Shown in pieces: positions 9,501 through 17,898 of a stretch of DNA of 64,000 nt. Origin of the DNA: a virus. Each line of letters begins with the position of its first letter. Position 1 is the first letter of the stretch. Location of the stretch: IMG/VR virus record IMGVR_UViG_3300050014_000310, positions 1 to 64,000 of that record; one strand, 5' to 3'. The notes below the pieces were generated by a model that worked only from the letters and a program-made list of their open reading frames with translations, ran no database searches and was not told the DNA's origin. The translations under genes were made by a program, and so were the position numbers.

Positions 9501-9781
9501 CCGCAGATTCGCCGGATGTCTTCGGCCGTGACTTCCTGCCACCCGGCCGGAGGTTCGCTGCCGTGGAATGCTACGTAATCTTCCCTCGAGAATAGATCCA
9601 TCTGGACGGCCGGCGCGCCGGTTAACATCTCGAAGTCCTGGCAGGCCTCGGGATCGCAGTCGATACCCGCGATGGTCCGGAACTTGGCGACTACGCCCCG
9701 GAACTCTCCGGCCGCCTGCTGGAAACCTAGAGCGGCGCCGCCCAGGCCGCAGAACATATGTAAAATGGTGAACTCTTGCAT
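6545..9781 (-). CDS. DNA cytosine-C5 methyltransferase with intein and tandem repeat array
   Basis: HMFCGLGG (I), SAP/CKGFS (IV), FENVP (VI), QHRTR (VIII), RPLTTLE (IX), IGNAVP (X). Confidence 0.93.
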   Translation of the reverse strand: MQEFTILHMFCGLGGAALGFQQAAGEFRGVVAKFRTIAGIDCDPEACQDFEMLTGAPAVQMDLFSREDYVAFHGSEPPAGWQEVTAEDIRRICGYKTPDTVFFSAPCLPGYEKVLAIDGPRRIDAIRHGDMVLTHRGRYRQVNKVGTELYQGNMVEIRLNGDVDFRDLTADHPIWRRKVIRCKATNRKRALGKPEFVAANKIKVGDRIGFPVINESPGCARKFVESFGDPQVVQKNGEKNASHTARISKIIDLNPYAEDIDLWFLIGAYLGDGYRRHDRYGTNFCIGDSKSDLAVRIRSILQHLGLNWNEDASNGENNIKIRLDSRHLSMIMGAFGDGAENKNIPWSLMELETPLIKALFDGYMATDGSIQPRCQANNELQARWKLPSVSLQLLKSLQILMLRLGLYGGINNCWPGGKQTIMGRDVQTKQRWELAFRFDPKKRPVHEFIDGAIWVRVKEIKSYQTIAQVWNLEVDEDNTFCVPMMATHNCKGFSGLLPKKAAESPKYQALNKLAYRGLSLVVEAFEDDPPAVLLFENVPKITSRGKALLDQIKKMLGAHGYEFDENSYDCGEIGGLGQHRTRYLLIARNKEKMPNHIYLPPKRRVKSIGEIIGPLALPGDPSLGPMHRLPNLQWKTWVRLALIPAGGDWRDLEKIGDSFKNSYRIVPWDEAAGTVTSGHSPSNGATSVADPRLGHEPRAGVFQVADWNEPSKAVVGHARTGGSNGVAAVSDPRVSGQTFSNCHQVQAWDEPSYVVTGATRPIAGSLSVSDPRLNPRDGRYPSVYQVIKFDDPAPCVTGTRFGSGAPGVADPRLPQVKTRFHNKYQLCAFDEPAACVTGIADVQAGAPSIADPRIGCNSRPNLMGVADWGKPAKTVTGSVTVSSSNGVATVADPRYNLNPNAMPNILQVGQWDTPAKVVTGAAGPTNGAPSVADPRKRNGIYGVMDWDKSGVTVCGAADIHSGTNAIADPRVPADNETGAYLIIALDGTWHRPLTTLELAVLQGMEPTMPDGSPLVLAGKSDSRHRERIGNAVPVASARAMGEEILTALLVASMDEWTLGSTGVWVIKNPNSPEWIEVR
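6872..7795 (-). repeat. 8 tandem ~36-42 aa repeats (W/FD.P..VTG....G..SVADPR) in the MTase variable region
   Basis: Eight (A/S)DPR-terminated units counted in the translation. Confidence 0.9.
8315..9463 (-). mobile_element. intein (383 aa) with LAGLIDADG endonuclease, in the C5 MTase
   Basis: Starts CLPG, block B TADHP, LIGAYLGDG and FDGYMATDG, ends THN followed by C; low GC. Confidence 0.93.
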
Positions 9782-9785
9782 CGTC

Positions 9786-9947
9786 TCAGCCTCTCTCCTC
9801 GAAATACTCCGTTACTCGCTCGATGCACTTCGTACTGTCCTGGCTATACGCGCATCCCTGCTTGACAGGGCAGAAGTGGCAGGGAGATGTTACGGTCTCG
9901 AATACCTTATCCATGATTGATTCTGAAGCGAAGTTATAAGTTGGCAT
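9786..9947 (-). CDS. small Cys-rich hypothetical protein
   Basis: CHFCP..C; TAATG coupling. Confidence 0.5.
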   Translation of the reverse strand: MPTYNFASESIMDKVFETVTSPCHFCPVKQGCAYSQDSTKCIERVTEYFEERG

Positions 9948-10303
9948 TAGGACCGCTCCTTCTCTTTGCACGTTTCCGAAATACCCACGATCTCGCATAT
10001 TGCCTCAAGCTGTTCGACGGTTAGCCCATTCAGACCACTGTTGTTTACCCATCTACCGATCATGCTCATGAGGTTTTCCTTGTGCAATCTCGCCTTCAGG
10101 TTGTCATCGTAGAGCACCAGCCGGGCATAGTAACCGTCTCCTATCGATCTGCCATCAGGGTTGAAAGATAAGTCCCTGCTCGTCCGTATGATCCCCGATG
10201 GCGTGATCTTCGTGATTGTGGCCGTGATGTATGATTCGAAGTTGTATCCGACTTTGTAGCAGACTTCATCCCCGGCTTTCAGTGATTTCAGCCAATCATC
10301 CAT
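9947..10303 (-). CDS. hypothetical protein (SH3-like beta barrel)
   Basis: WLKSLKAGDEV..ITKITPSG; GGGGAG RBS. Confidence 0.6.
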   Translation of the reverse strand: MDDWLKSLKAGDEVCYKVGYNFESYITATITKITPSGIIRTSRDLSFNPDGRSIGDGYYARLVLYDDNLKARLHKENLMSMIGRWVNNSGLNGLTVEQLEAICEIVGISETCKEKERS

Positions 10304-10317
10304 TTTTGATCTCCCCT

Positions 10318-10476
10318 TTATTGCTTTTTGCGCCAGCCATATTGCTCACCAACCTGTTCCCATACCCACTGCTTCCATTCTTCTTCGATTTCCTCATCGG
10401 TGGCATCGTCTTCAAATTCCATTTCTTCTTCAGACTGGTTCATGTTTTCGTAGCACTCAAAGATTATGGTTATCAT
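10318..10476 (-). CDS. small acidic hypothetical protein (52 aa, not in track)
   Basis: MITIIFECY...EEIEEEWKQWVWEQ. Confidence 0.55.
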   Translation of the reverse strand: MITIIFECYENMNQSEEEMEFEDDATDEEIEEEWKQWVWEQVGEQYGWRKKQ

Positions 10477-10482
10477 TTCACT

Positions 10483-10689
10483 TCACTCCTTCAAATCGAC
10501 TCCCCATATTTCTTCAACCAGACCGATAATCCAGGCGCTCCACCCGATGATTCCTTCCCAGTGCAGACATTCGTTGAGGACGTGATTTTTGTTATACTTC
10601 ATGATTTCTTCATCCACTGACGTATCATTAGGCTTGAGACCTTCTCTTTGCCGCAAGCGCTCCATTATTGGCCGTGAGTAGGTTTTCAT
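10483..10689 (-). CDS. hypothetical protein
   Basis: MKTYSRPIMERLRQR; ATGA coupling. Confidence 0.6.
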   Translation of the reverse strand: MKTYSRPIMERLRQREGLKPNDTSVDEEIMKYNKNHVLNECLHWEGIIGWSAWIIGLVEEIWGVDLKE

Positions 10690-10847
10690 GGTTTGATCGT
10701 TCCCTCGTCCAGAACGATCTCTCCGAGGGTGAAGTCCTCTCCGCAGAACGGACAAACCTTGATATGCTCGACATCCTTGTCTTCAGCGTAGAACGATCTT
10801 CCGCAGTAGCAGCACTCACATTGGTTCGCCATGATCTCAGTTGGCAT
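10686..10847 (-). CDS. small zinc-ribbon protein (53 aa, not in track)
   Basis: CCYCG...CPFCG; GGAGTG RBS. Confidence 0.55.
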   Translation of the reverse strand: MPTEIMANQCECCYCGRSFYAEDKDVEHIKVCPFCGEDFTLGEIVLDEGTIKP

Positions 10848-10853
10848 TGGTAT

Positions 10854-11051
10854 TCACTCCCTATCTAGGATTTCATAGCCTGCTTCTACGTCGCCAATTC
10901 CTTCTGCCGAATCTACCCATTCTCTTGGATTGCTTTCGAAGTTAGTCAGATCCATCTTTGCCATCTCTTCAATGGTGCGATCTGGCTTATAGTCATTTGG
11001 ATCAGGCTTATACTCAATCGTGTAGGTCACGGTCAATTTAATCCTTTGCAT
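10854..11051 (-). CDS. hypothetical protein
   Basis: Operonic ORF with RBS. Confidence 0.55.
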   Translation of the reverse strand: MQRIKLTVTYTIEYKPDPNDYKPDRTIEEMAKMDLTNFESNPREWVDSAEGIGDVEAGYEILDRE

Positions 11052-11325
11052 GGTTGATCATCTCCTTCACGGCATCCGGCCAGTTGCACGTCACCATATA
11101 CTCTTTTTTCTGGTTCTTCCGCGTACCCCCATAGAACTGGCAAGGAGCCACTATTAGACCATCCGGACCACGATAGACGCAGGTAACATCCTCTTCCCTT
11201 TGGCCATATAATCGCTGAATCGGGCATGAACCGAGAGCGATATGGACTTCCTCGATCCTCACTGATTTGCCAGTGTTCAACTTGGCGCTTCCGAAGCAGC
11301 AGCAACTTGAACGGATTTTAGGCAA
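11038..11325 (-). CDS. hypothetical protein
   Basis: Operonic ORF. Confidence 0.5.
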   Translation of the reverse strand: MPKIRSSCCCFGSAKLNTGKSVRIEEVHIALGSCPIQRLYGQREEDVTCVYRGPDGLIVAPCQFYGGTRKNQKKEYMVTCNWPDAVKEMINHAKD

Positions 11326-11851
11326 TTTTGATCATCTCCTCGATCTCCTCGGGTACGTTCCACAGTCCCTGCTGCCCACGGCACGGAACCGGTGTCTCTA
11401 GCACCCGCATACTTTGCAACACCAAAGCTTTGCGTCCACTTGAGTAGTCCCCGAACGATCGCTCCGGCTCTCCCGGCAGCGGGGCTATTCGTACTTCCAT
11501 CTCCTCGGATCCGCTCACCATACCCGGCAGTTTAACCCGCTGGTACAATCCGCCCTCTTCTATCCGCAGCACGTCCGCTAGTTCGCAGACGGCGATGATA
11601 CAGCCCATTCCCGGCGTCAGTATGGAGCACTTCCCGTTGTTCAATATGGCATCCCCATGCAGCGCCTCCAATGCCGAGTAGAACGGTTCCTCGTGAGACA
11701 AATTCATGTGCCACGGCTTGCGAGACTTGCTCACGTGAATGGCGAGAGGGCCGCGATAGTTTGATGGGAAATTCCACGGGCGAGTCTCATGAGGCTTCTT
11801 ATTTAACGCCAGTAGCCAGGGGTACGGGAACAGCACGGTTATTGCCTTCAT
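11318..11851 (-). CDS. ASCH-domain protein
   Basis: MKAITV..PY..L....K.HETR.W, YRGPLAIH, P.PCRGQQGLW. Confidence 0.85.
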   Translation of the reverse strand: MKAITVLFPYPWLLALNKKPHETRPWNFPSNYRGPLAIHVSKSRKPWHMNLSHEEPFYSALEALHGDAILNNGKCSILTPGMGCIIAVCELADVLRIEEGGLYQRVKLPGMVSGSEEMEVRIAPLPGEPERSFGDYSSGRKALVLQSMRVLETPVPCRGQQGLWNVPEEIEEMIKIA

Positions 11852-12048
11852 CACTTCATCATCCCTTCCCGGTACAAATAAACGATGTTTCTGACCATAC
11901 AGATCGCTGAAGCGCACAGGAAGCCTTCACCTAATAAAAATAGCGCACAGTTGAACGGGGTAAGTCGTAGCATGGGCAGGCTCACGACGAATAGGAAGAT
12001 GGCAAGCGCCAGCATAGCGGCTGGGCAGAGCCAGATTATGTGTTTCAT
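11851..12048 (-). CDS. small membrane protein
   Basis: Two hydrophobic segments. Confidence 0.55.
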   Translation of the reverse strand: MKHIIWLCPAAMLALAIFLFVVSLPMLRLTPFNCALFLLGEGFLCASAICMVRNIVYLYREGMMK

Positions 12049-12560
12049 TTGGGCACCTCGCTCTGCTTCTCCAGTTCTTGTTTCAGCGCCTCGGCCAACC
12101 TGGGCATCAATTTTTCAGCAAACATCCGGGCGTCCATATCGTAGCCCTCGCTCATGAACTCCCCGGCGTCGCTAATTTTTGTGGCGTCATACCACCTAGT
12201 GCAGGCAGGTATGCTGTCCAGGCCGTCACATTCAGCGAGTAGATCCCATTCTTCCCGGGCCTCTTCCTTCGACCATTCGCCATCTCGGCGGCACTCCAGG
12301 ATATATTCTTTAACGCTCTTTAGGGTCGCCTCTCCGTCGTGCTCCACCTTTGCCACTTTCCCCAGTAGGTAGCCAGGACTCAGCCCGATCACGAACTTCC
12401 GGAAATCCCCCGGCCCCCAGTTGCTCCATTTGAAAGCATAGTTGCCGTAGTCAGTTACCGCTGCAAACATGCCGGTGGAATCCAGGAGGAAGATGCCCCA
12501 GCCGGAGAGGCCGTCCTCGGTAGGGATGCAGTAGCGCCATATTTTTATATCCTCAGGCAT
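12045..12560 (-). CDS. phage hypothetical protein
   Basis: 171 aa, TDYGNYAF..YLLGK; RBS. Confidence 0.65.
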   Translation of the reverse strand: MPEDIKIWRYCIPTEDGLSGWGIFLLDSTGMFAAVTDYGNYAFKWSNWGPGDFRKFVIGLSPGYLLGKVAKVEHDGEATLKSVKEYILECRRDGEWSKEEAREEWDLLAECDGLDSIPACTRWYDATKISDAGEFMSEGYDMDARMFAEKLMPRLAEALKQELEKQSEVPK

Positions 12561-12723
12561 CTGTTTTCACCTTCCTCACGTTCCGTCTTGGTACTACTAC
12601 CACCAGCCCGATCCCCGTCTGCACCAGGACGTTCTTGCGGCTCCACACCAGCACCCGGCAGGACTGATCTCTCAGGCGGGGGTCGATGGGATTTTGGGGC
12701 GCGTAATGCAACCTATATGGCAT
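12553..12723 (-). CDS. small hypothetical protein (56 aa, not in track)
   Basis: MPYRLHYAP...CRVLVWSRKNVLV...VPRRNVRK. Confidence 0.5.
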   Translation of the reverse strand: MPYRLHYAPQNPIDPRLRDQSCRVLVWSRKNVLVQTGIGLVVVVPRRNVRKVKTDA

Positions 12724-14118
12724 CTAAATGGGCATCAGACAAGCGCTATAGCCATCCGCGGGCATCACGTCGCGGGCATCCCGCATTAATTGTTCCAGAA
12801 ACACCTTGAACTCTTCCTCGACTGCAGCCGGTCGCCTCTCCACGATCGGGATGTCCGTTCGTGGGTCATATCCAAGGTTGCTCCATCCAACGTAGGGCAT
12901 CAGGATCTTGGCTTCCGTGGTCAGCATTTCATTGTCAATTTCATTGATGCAATCAGCCTCGATCGGGTAAGCGCCCGGGATGTCCAGAGCACAAAGGATC
13001 GTGCGGTGAATCCGATCTTCCATATCTTGATAGCCTTTGAGATAGGGCTTGATCGGGCGTGTGACGTCAGAAACGTAGGCTTCTCCAGCATCATGAAGAA
13101 GGGCCAGCAGTTGAATCCGAGGATTAAAGTGGTTGATCCTGGCCAGAATTGCACAAAGGATAGAGTGCTGACCTACGGAGTTGTGCGCCCCATATCCCTC
13201 GCAGATATAGGTGTGCGTTGATGTTTCTATCCCCATAAGATCTTGTACTCCATCGTCGTATGCCCCCACAATTTCTATGGGTTCACCCAAACCAGCAAGC
13301 TCTTTTCCTCCGTATGCCAACCCTTCTTGAAAGTTGTCCAACAACCTTATTGGGCGAACGGTACCCAAGAGCCGTAGAATTTCACGCCAACCACCCTGTA
13401 TCTGCAAGTTAACAACCCCTGCCCCTTCAAGATGATGCCCCGCAAAAGATTGCCCGTACTGAAAACCAAAATGGTCTAGCATCGTTCGCATTCTATCGAG
13501 AATATGTCCTTGTTTTTGGGAGACTCCGCACTGGAACCCCTGTCTATTTTTGAATGAAATAGAACCCTCTCCATCGCAAATCCCTGCTAACCAACCAGAG
13601 TTATAGCTGCTATCTGTGTCCCACGGCACCAAGAATCTGTGTATATATCTTTTTCTACCAAGGGATATGTCTTGCGCTATTTGGCTGGCAGTAACCCACT
13701 TTTGGTTGCGGCTTACCTTTGTTGCAACAAGCCAAGGGTGCTCAGGCGAAGACTTTATTGTTGAACCATCAGACATTTCTAACCTTATCGTCCTACCCAT
13801 AAACGGTGCAGCTTCAACAATAAACGCTGGTCTTAGCTTGCGTTTTTTGCGTTTCATATCGCCAATAGCGTATTCATCGAAACCTAATATTCTATCCCCA
13901 GCAACAAGCTCGCCAGCGCGCACCCATCTTAAATCTGCCGTCAAGATGCGTTCATCAACTGTGGGGCAGTAGAAATGCTTGCAATGGCCGTTGTAGCGGC
14001 AGGTCAATGATAGAGCGTGAGCAATGTCGTCGATTGAAACCTCTTCGGGCTTCGGGTCTAATGGCCAAAAATGCTTGCCAGTATATGTTTCGCACCAATC
14101 GTCAAGTCTTGTGCTCAT
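12724..14118 (-). CDS. HD-superfamily 5'-deoxynucleotidase (YfbR-like) with intein
   Basis: DIAHALS..CRYNGH..FY/SVGQHS, ALLHDAGEAY.SD..RP.K. Confidence 0.88.
   Translation of the reverse strand: MSTRLDDWCETYTGKHFWPLDPKPEEVSIDDIAHALSLTCRYNGHCKHFYCPTVDERILTADLRWVRAGELVAGDRILGFDEYAIGDMKRKKRKLRPAFIVEAAPFMGRTIRLEMSDGSTIKSSPEHPWLVATKVSRNQKWVTASQIAQDISLGRKRYIHRFLVPWDTDSSYNSGWLAGICDGEGSISFKNRQGFQCGVSQKQGHILDRMRTMLDHFGFQYGQSFAGHHLEGAGVVNLQIQGGWREILRLLGTVRPIRLLDNFQEGLAYGGKELAGLGEPIEIVGAYDDGVQDLMGIETSTHTYICEGYGAHNSVGQHSILCAILARINHFNPRIQLLALLHDAGEAYVSDVTRPIKPYLKGYQDMEDRIHRTILCALDIPGAYPIEADCINEIDNEMLTTEAKILMPYVGWSNLGYDPRTDIPIVERRPAAVEEEFKVFLEQLMRDARDVMPADGYSACLMPI
13180..13968 (-). mobile_element. intein (263 aa) with one clear LAGLIDADG motif, in the HD hydrolase
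   Basis: Starts CPTVDE, block B SPEHP, WLAGICDGEG, ends AHN followed by S. Confidence 0.9.
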
Positions 14119-14131
14119 CTATGGGTTCCTC

Positions 14132-14407
14132 CTATTGTTCGATTTCCACTGTTTTCACCCGTTGGTACTCCCCATCAGGGCAGACCACATATTTCTCGAT
14201 CCGTCCCTTCGCCTCTGCCGCCATCCCCGGTGTCGCAAACGTGCCGATGTCAACGCCGGTCACCGTTCCCCAGTCGCCTACTAGCCGGACATGGCAGCCT
14301 TCAACTTTAACGATGGCCTGAGTCTGGCTTCTCTGTGACCAGAAGCTTATTGATTGAGGCCACAGCCAGCGGATACCACCGTCTAGATCTGCGATTATTG
14401 GAGTCAT
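14132..14407 (-). CDS. hypothetical protein
   Basis: ATGA-coupled ORF. Confidence 0.5.
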   Translation of the reverse strand: MTPIIADLDGGIRWLWPQSISFWSQRSQTQAIVKVEGCHVRLVGDWGTVTGVDIGTFATPGMAAEAKGRIEKYVVCPDGEYQRVKTVEIEQ

Positions 14408-14802
14408 GGTAAGATCCTCACTTGTAGCTTTTTTCTCCCGAATTTTCGGGCTGATTGTTCATCGTGCATCCAAACATCCAAACGATCATTGGTTATTCCG
14501 CCACCCCTATCCGCAACCACCGCTGGGCCATAACCGGGTATTTCGAGCCTCGTCCCCGGCGGGAGTGTATGCCAGTCGGCTGCTACAGTTCCCGGGCCTG
14601 CCTTACTTCCTGTGGCCGTGATGCCGTCATGTTTCCCGCAGTCGGCATCGGTCGAGGTGTAGGCGGTCACCTCGCATTCGATCACCCTGTCTGGTGCGGC
14701 CTGGCGGCTGGCGATCATTTTGTTGGTGTCACCGATATGGTCAACGGCGACGGAGCGCGGCCAGATCACCAGAAGCAGCATGGCCAGCGCTACCCGCCGC
14801 AT
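14404..14802 (-). CDS. secreted 3D-domain (MltA-like) protein
   Basis: Signal peptide; VTAY, GITATG, TVAAD, IPGYG..V.DRGG, RLDVW. Confidence 0.85.
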   Translation of the reverse strand: MRRVALAMLLLVIWPRSVAVDHIGDTNKMIASRQAAPDRVIECEVTAYTSTDADCGKHDGITATGSKAGPGTVAADWHTLPPGTRLEIPGYGPAVVADRGGGITNDRLDVWMHDEQSARKFGRKKLQVRILP

Positions 14803-15128
14803 GGCTTCCCCTCGGCCTTGGGCGCATGTGCTATGCCTGATGCCCATAGTGAGAACCACGGACATTCCTTGTAATAAGTCGGGCATGATCCGCTGACGCA
14901 TTTATGGCAGTCGGCGCAGGGCGTGTGCCCGTGCTTGTGCATGATGGCGTAGACCTCGGCGGCGTAGGGCTCGTCGATGTTGAGCACGAGGTAGTGGTTA
15001 TTCGGTTGCTTGCCCTCTTGCTTGCGGTAATCAGTTATTTCGTCAAGTATGTTGTATAGCGTATTAAGCCTTGATTCTGTAAGCGTTTTATTGATGTCGC
15101 CCTGTTTGACTACCAGATATTTAGACAT
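14790..15128 (-). CDS. phage hypothetical protein
   Basis: KYLVVK..DI...YLVLNIDEPYA. Confidence 0.6.
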   Translation of the reverse strand: MSKYLVVKQGDINKTLTESRLNTLYNILDEITDYRKQEGKQPNNHYLVLNIDEPYAAEVYAIMHKHGHTPCADCHKCVSGSCPTYYKECPWFSLWASGIAHAPKAEGKPCGG

Positions 15129-15444
15129 CCTTCGCATCTCCTCTCAGCCTTGCAATGATCTCCTTGGCCTGTTTCTCCAGATCCGGATCGAGCCAGTCAC
15201 GTTTTGTCGGCAGATCGTCGATGATCCGGGACAGGATACGGAGCAGATCAGGCGCCGCCGCCATTGCCTTGGCGTTCTCTCCTGATTGCTCATAAGGCGG
15301 TTGATCGCCCTGATTGGTAATGGCATCCGCATAGTCGCTCCAACCAATACGGCTTCCGTTTTCGGTCTCGATGATCCAGCCCATATTTCTGCCTGTTCTG
15401 CTGTTTGTCTGTTGCCGGGCTACCCACGGTCCTGGAGTTAACAT
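15121..15444 (-). CDS. phage protein, TPGPW...AAAPDLL type
   Basis: TPGPW and ENAKAMAAAPDLL. Confidence 0.7.
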   Translation of the reverse strand: MLTPGPWVARQQTNSRTGRNMGWIIETENGSRIGWSDYADAITNQGDQPPYEQSGENAKAMAAAPDLLRILSRIIDDLPTKRDWLDPDLEKQAKEIIARLRGDAKDV

Positions 15445-15780
15445 TTAGATATCTCTCCCCTCAGCCTTGGCGATAACTTTCCTTGCCGCTGCTATCTTGT
15501 CGCTCGTCACTGTTGAGCCGTAATCAGGTCTGCCTTCCTTACTGGTCACCGGGATATCGTCAACAATGGCTTTCAGGGCTTTCAGCAGATCGGGTGCCGC
15601 AACTATGAGGCTGGCATTATCCCGATCTTCATGCGCCTCTTCTTCCGTATATCCCAATGTTAGGGTTATATCTGCGACAACACGGCTATCATCCATGTCG
15701 CCACGGTATCCAGGCGCTCCAATAATGGTCAGCGTACTTTCGTCGAATGCTGTGACCATCCACGGTCCTTGAGTTATCAC
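15445..15780 (-). CDS. phage protein, tandem paralog of the above
   Basis: TQGPW and DNASLIVAAPDLL. Confidence 0.7.
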   Translation of the reverse strand: MITQGPWMVTAFDESTLTIIGAPGYRGDMDDSRVVADITLTLGYTEEEAHEDRDNASLIVAAPDLLKALKAIVDDIPVTSKEGRPDYGSTVTSDKIAAARKVIAKAEGRDI

Positions 15781-16184
15781 ATCTCCCCCGCTGTTTCCAG
15801 CCCTGGCGCTATCGAAGTTTCCATTTCCACATATTTCAAACTTGAATTTCTAGCTTTCCATCCTGGCCAGTCTTCCGGAGGCTCAAAAATCATTTCCCAG
15901 TCAACGTGGGTGTTTACGCAACCATTGGAGACAAGCCATGTCCGGTTAAGTTGCCAAACAGGTAGTTTATTGTCTATCGCCACAGAAAGAGCCCTCATTC
16001 CCTCTTCCTGCGATCCACGGAAACTGACCGTTGGCCAGTAATAACCATGTCCGGGGCTTCCTTCGCAGGACCCGAAAGTATCCACCCCATTTTTTCTCAG
16101 CAAATAAACGATGTCGCGGATACCCACGTCCATGCTATCCAAGCCGGCCTGTTCATAGGCAGTCAGTTTTTTATCGTCGCTCAT
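15777..16184 (-). CDS. hypothetical protein
   Basis: D.GI..IV..L...GV.T..SCEG motif. Confidence 0.6.
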   Translation of the reverse strand: MSDDKKLTAYEQAGLDSMDVGIRDIVYLLRKNGVDTFGSCEGSPGHGYYWPTVSFRGSQEEGMRALSVAIDNKLPVWQLNRTWLVSNGCVNTHVDWEMIFEPPEDWPGWKARNSSLKYVEMETSIAPGLETAGEM

Positions 16185-16650
16185 CTACGGCCACCCCCCA
16201 TCTCACGAACAACGCTGTCACCGGCAGGAAGAGCAGCGGCAGGATGCCAATGCGGAGACGGCTAAGGCGGAGGGCGAAGTCGGTCATGGCTCTCTGTTGA
16301 GCATCGTTGTCAATGTACGTGATTGCTCCTGTATCCTGATCGAGTCTTAATGACACATTTGGCAGGTTATACTTTTTTATGATCTCATCCCATGACTGTC
16401 CATGCATGAGTCGCATGGTCTCAAAATGGCCTTGCGCTGCAACTAAACAACCATTGATCGAAGCCATATGTGCATTTTCTTTCGTGGATAACGTGACTAA
16501 TGTTTCGGTCAAAGCGATCTCTCCTTTCAAAATTGTGCGGGGCGGGCAGGATTCCCCACCCTGCTCCTTCAGCACTATCCCGAACCCGCGGCAGTAGGGG
16601 TTCATGATCTCCAAGCCCTTACCCTGTGCTACCTCACCGCCGCCCCGCAA
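16171..16650 (-). CDS. hypothetical protein with hydrophobic C-terminus
   Basis: Operonic ORF; start uncertain. Confidence 0.45.
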   Translation of the reverse strand: MRGGGEVAQGKGLEIMNPYCRGFGIVLKEQGGESCPPRTILKGEIALTETLVTLSTKENAHMASINGCLVAAQGHFETMRLMHGQSWDEIIKKYNLPNVSLRLDQDTGAITYIDNDAQQRAMTDFALRLSRLRIGILPLLFLPVTALFVRWGVAVDERR

Positions 16651-16653
16651 CCC

Positions 16654-16941
16654 CTATGCGCTCCGTTTCTTCTTCCTATCAGCTAGCCACACCCGATGAG
16701 CCGCTTGCTGCCGCAGCCACACGCCACGTCTTTCCGTGTTATCCGCCTGCCTCTTTCGCCGCTTTTCTAACCGGTTCAATTTATCGGCGCATTCCTTGCA
16801 CAGACGCTTATTGGACATGTGCTTATCCGACTTCTTGCTGTGGCAGTGATGGCATTCCTGTTTCTGCGGCAAGTTCATCTTGTTTTGAATCAGTGAGCGG
16901 TCTACGAGAATGCGCCGGAATACTTTGTCCATGGTTTTCAA
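16654..16941 (-). CDS. basic Zn-finger protein
   Basis: CHHC...CKEC; GAGGAG RBS before TTG. Confidence 0.5.
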   Translation of the reverse strand: MKTMDKVFRRILVDRSLIQNKMNLPQKQECHHCHSKKSDKHMSNKRLCKECADKLNRLEKRRKRQADNTERRGVWLRQQAAHRVWLADRKKKRSA

Positions 16942-17046
16942 TGCGTGATCATCTCCTCTCAAAATCGTAGTATAGAATCGTTTGCTTCCGGGGACCATAA
17001 AACTGGGTGAGCTGTTCCGAGAGGGGCGGTTCTTTTTATGGCTTAT

Positions 17047-17400
17047 TTATTTCGTTTTATTAACAAGTTTCTCATAGACCTTGATTTCCAGTTCCCTGCA
17101 CTTCTGATACCCTGGATTGTCAGGATCGTTGTTCCACCCGATATATTCCTTCGGGTCTTGTTGCAAGGCCGTTTTAAGCCGCCTGAATGACTCTTCCTGA
17201 TACATTTTCAGAATAAAAGGTTTGGTATCCGGCTGGATGTCCATTGTCAGGGTATGATGATCCATGTTCGACAGGAAATCTAAGACCAACAATGCGTAAC
17301 GCAATTCCTCATAGTCAGGTTTACCACCAGATTTTACTTCTTCGACGATCTCGCTCAGATTTCGCATTTGCGTTTCCTCTCTTTTTAAAGGTATGTTCAT
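17047..17400 (-). CDS. hypothetical protein
   Basis: YEELRYALL, GWNNDP.NP.YQ. Confidence 0.6.
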   Translation of the reverse strand: MNIPLKREETQMRNLSEIVEEVKSGGKPDYEELRYALLVLDFLSNMDHHTLTMDIQPDTKPFILKMYQEESFRRLKTALQQDPKEYIGWNNDPDNPGYQKCRELEIKVYEKLVNKTK

Positions 17401-17421
17401 TTTCCCCTCAAGGTAAAAGTT

Positions 17422-17847
17422 TTACCCCGTTTTCCCCCGCCATTCCCGCCAAGCTATCGCTTCGATCAACTGGATGTAGCAATCCACCGATAGATCCTGC
17501 AACCTTCGGCACCTTTTCGTAAACTCGTACCGAAAGTAGTCTTTGCCCACCGGCGTTAATTCGATCAGCCCCACTCTTGGGTCCAGCTCTTCCGGCTTAA
17601 TAATCCCTTTAGGACTAAGGAAATAAAGATGCGTCGCGTATGGGAGATATTTTTGCCACTTTTTATCCGCTAAAAAGTCACTTCTTGATATTTTGATCTC
17701 AATTATTCTGGAGATGCGCTTACTTCTTCTGATACCCACAACGTCGAACCTGATAGAAGAGTGGTAGGGCCCCATCTCGGCAGTGACGAAATCATAGCCG
17801 GGATACAAGTTTTGGACTGCGAAATTTGCGATTTGTTGAGCGGTCAT
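17422..17847 (-). CDS. MmcB-like PD-(D/E)XK nuclease
   Basis: RFDV...IIEIKISRSDFLADKKWQKY....YF..P. Confidence 0.8.
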   Translation of the reverse strand: MTAQQIANFAVQNLYPGYDFVTAEMGPYHSSIRFDVVGIRRSKRISRIIEIKISRSDFLADKKWQKYLPYATHLYFLSPKGIIKPEELDPRVGLIELTPVGKDYFRYEFTKRCRRLQDLSVDCYIQLIEAIAWREWRGKTG

Positions 17848-17859
17848 TGGAAGTTACCT

Positions 17860-17898
17860 CTGCTAAGATTGTTCTGCTAAGATTCTAAGATTGTTCTG
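17860..17898. repeat. short tandem duplication of the dnaN stop region
   Basis: Three CTAAGATT copies at 17863, 17877 and 17885. Confidence 0.75.

Noticed and set aside
12553-12723. Apparent frameshift in a small ORF
   Set aside because: Recounting the G run at 12678-12682 gives a continuous 56-aa frame
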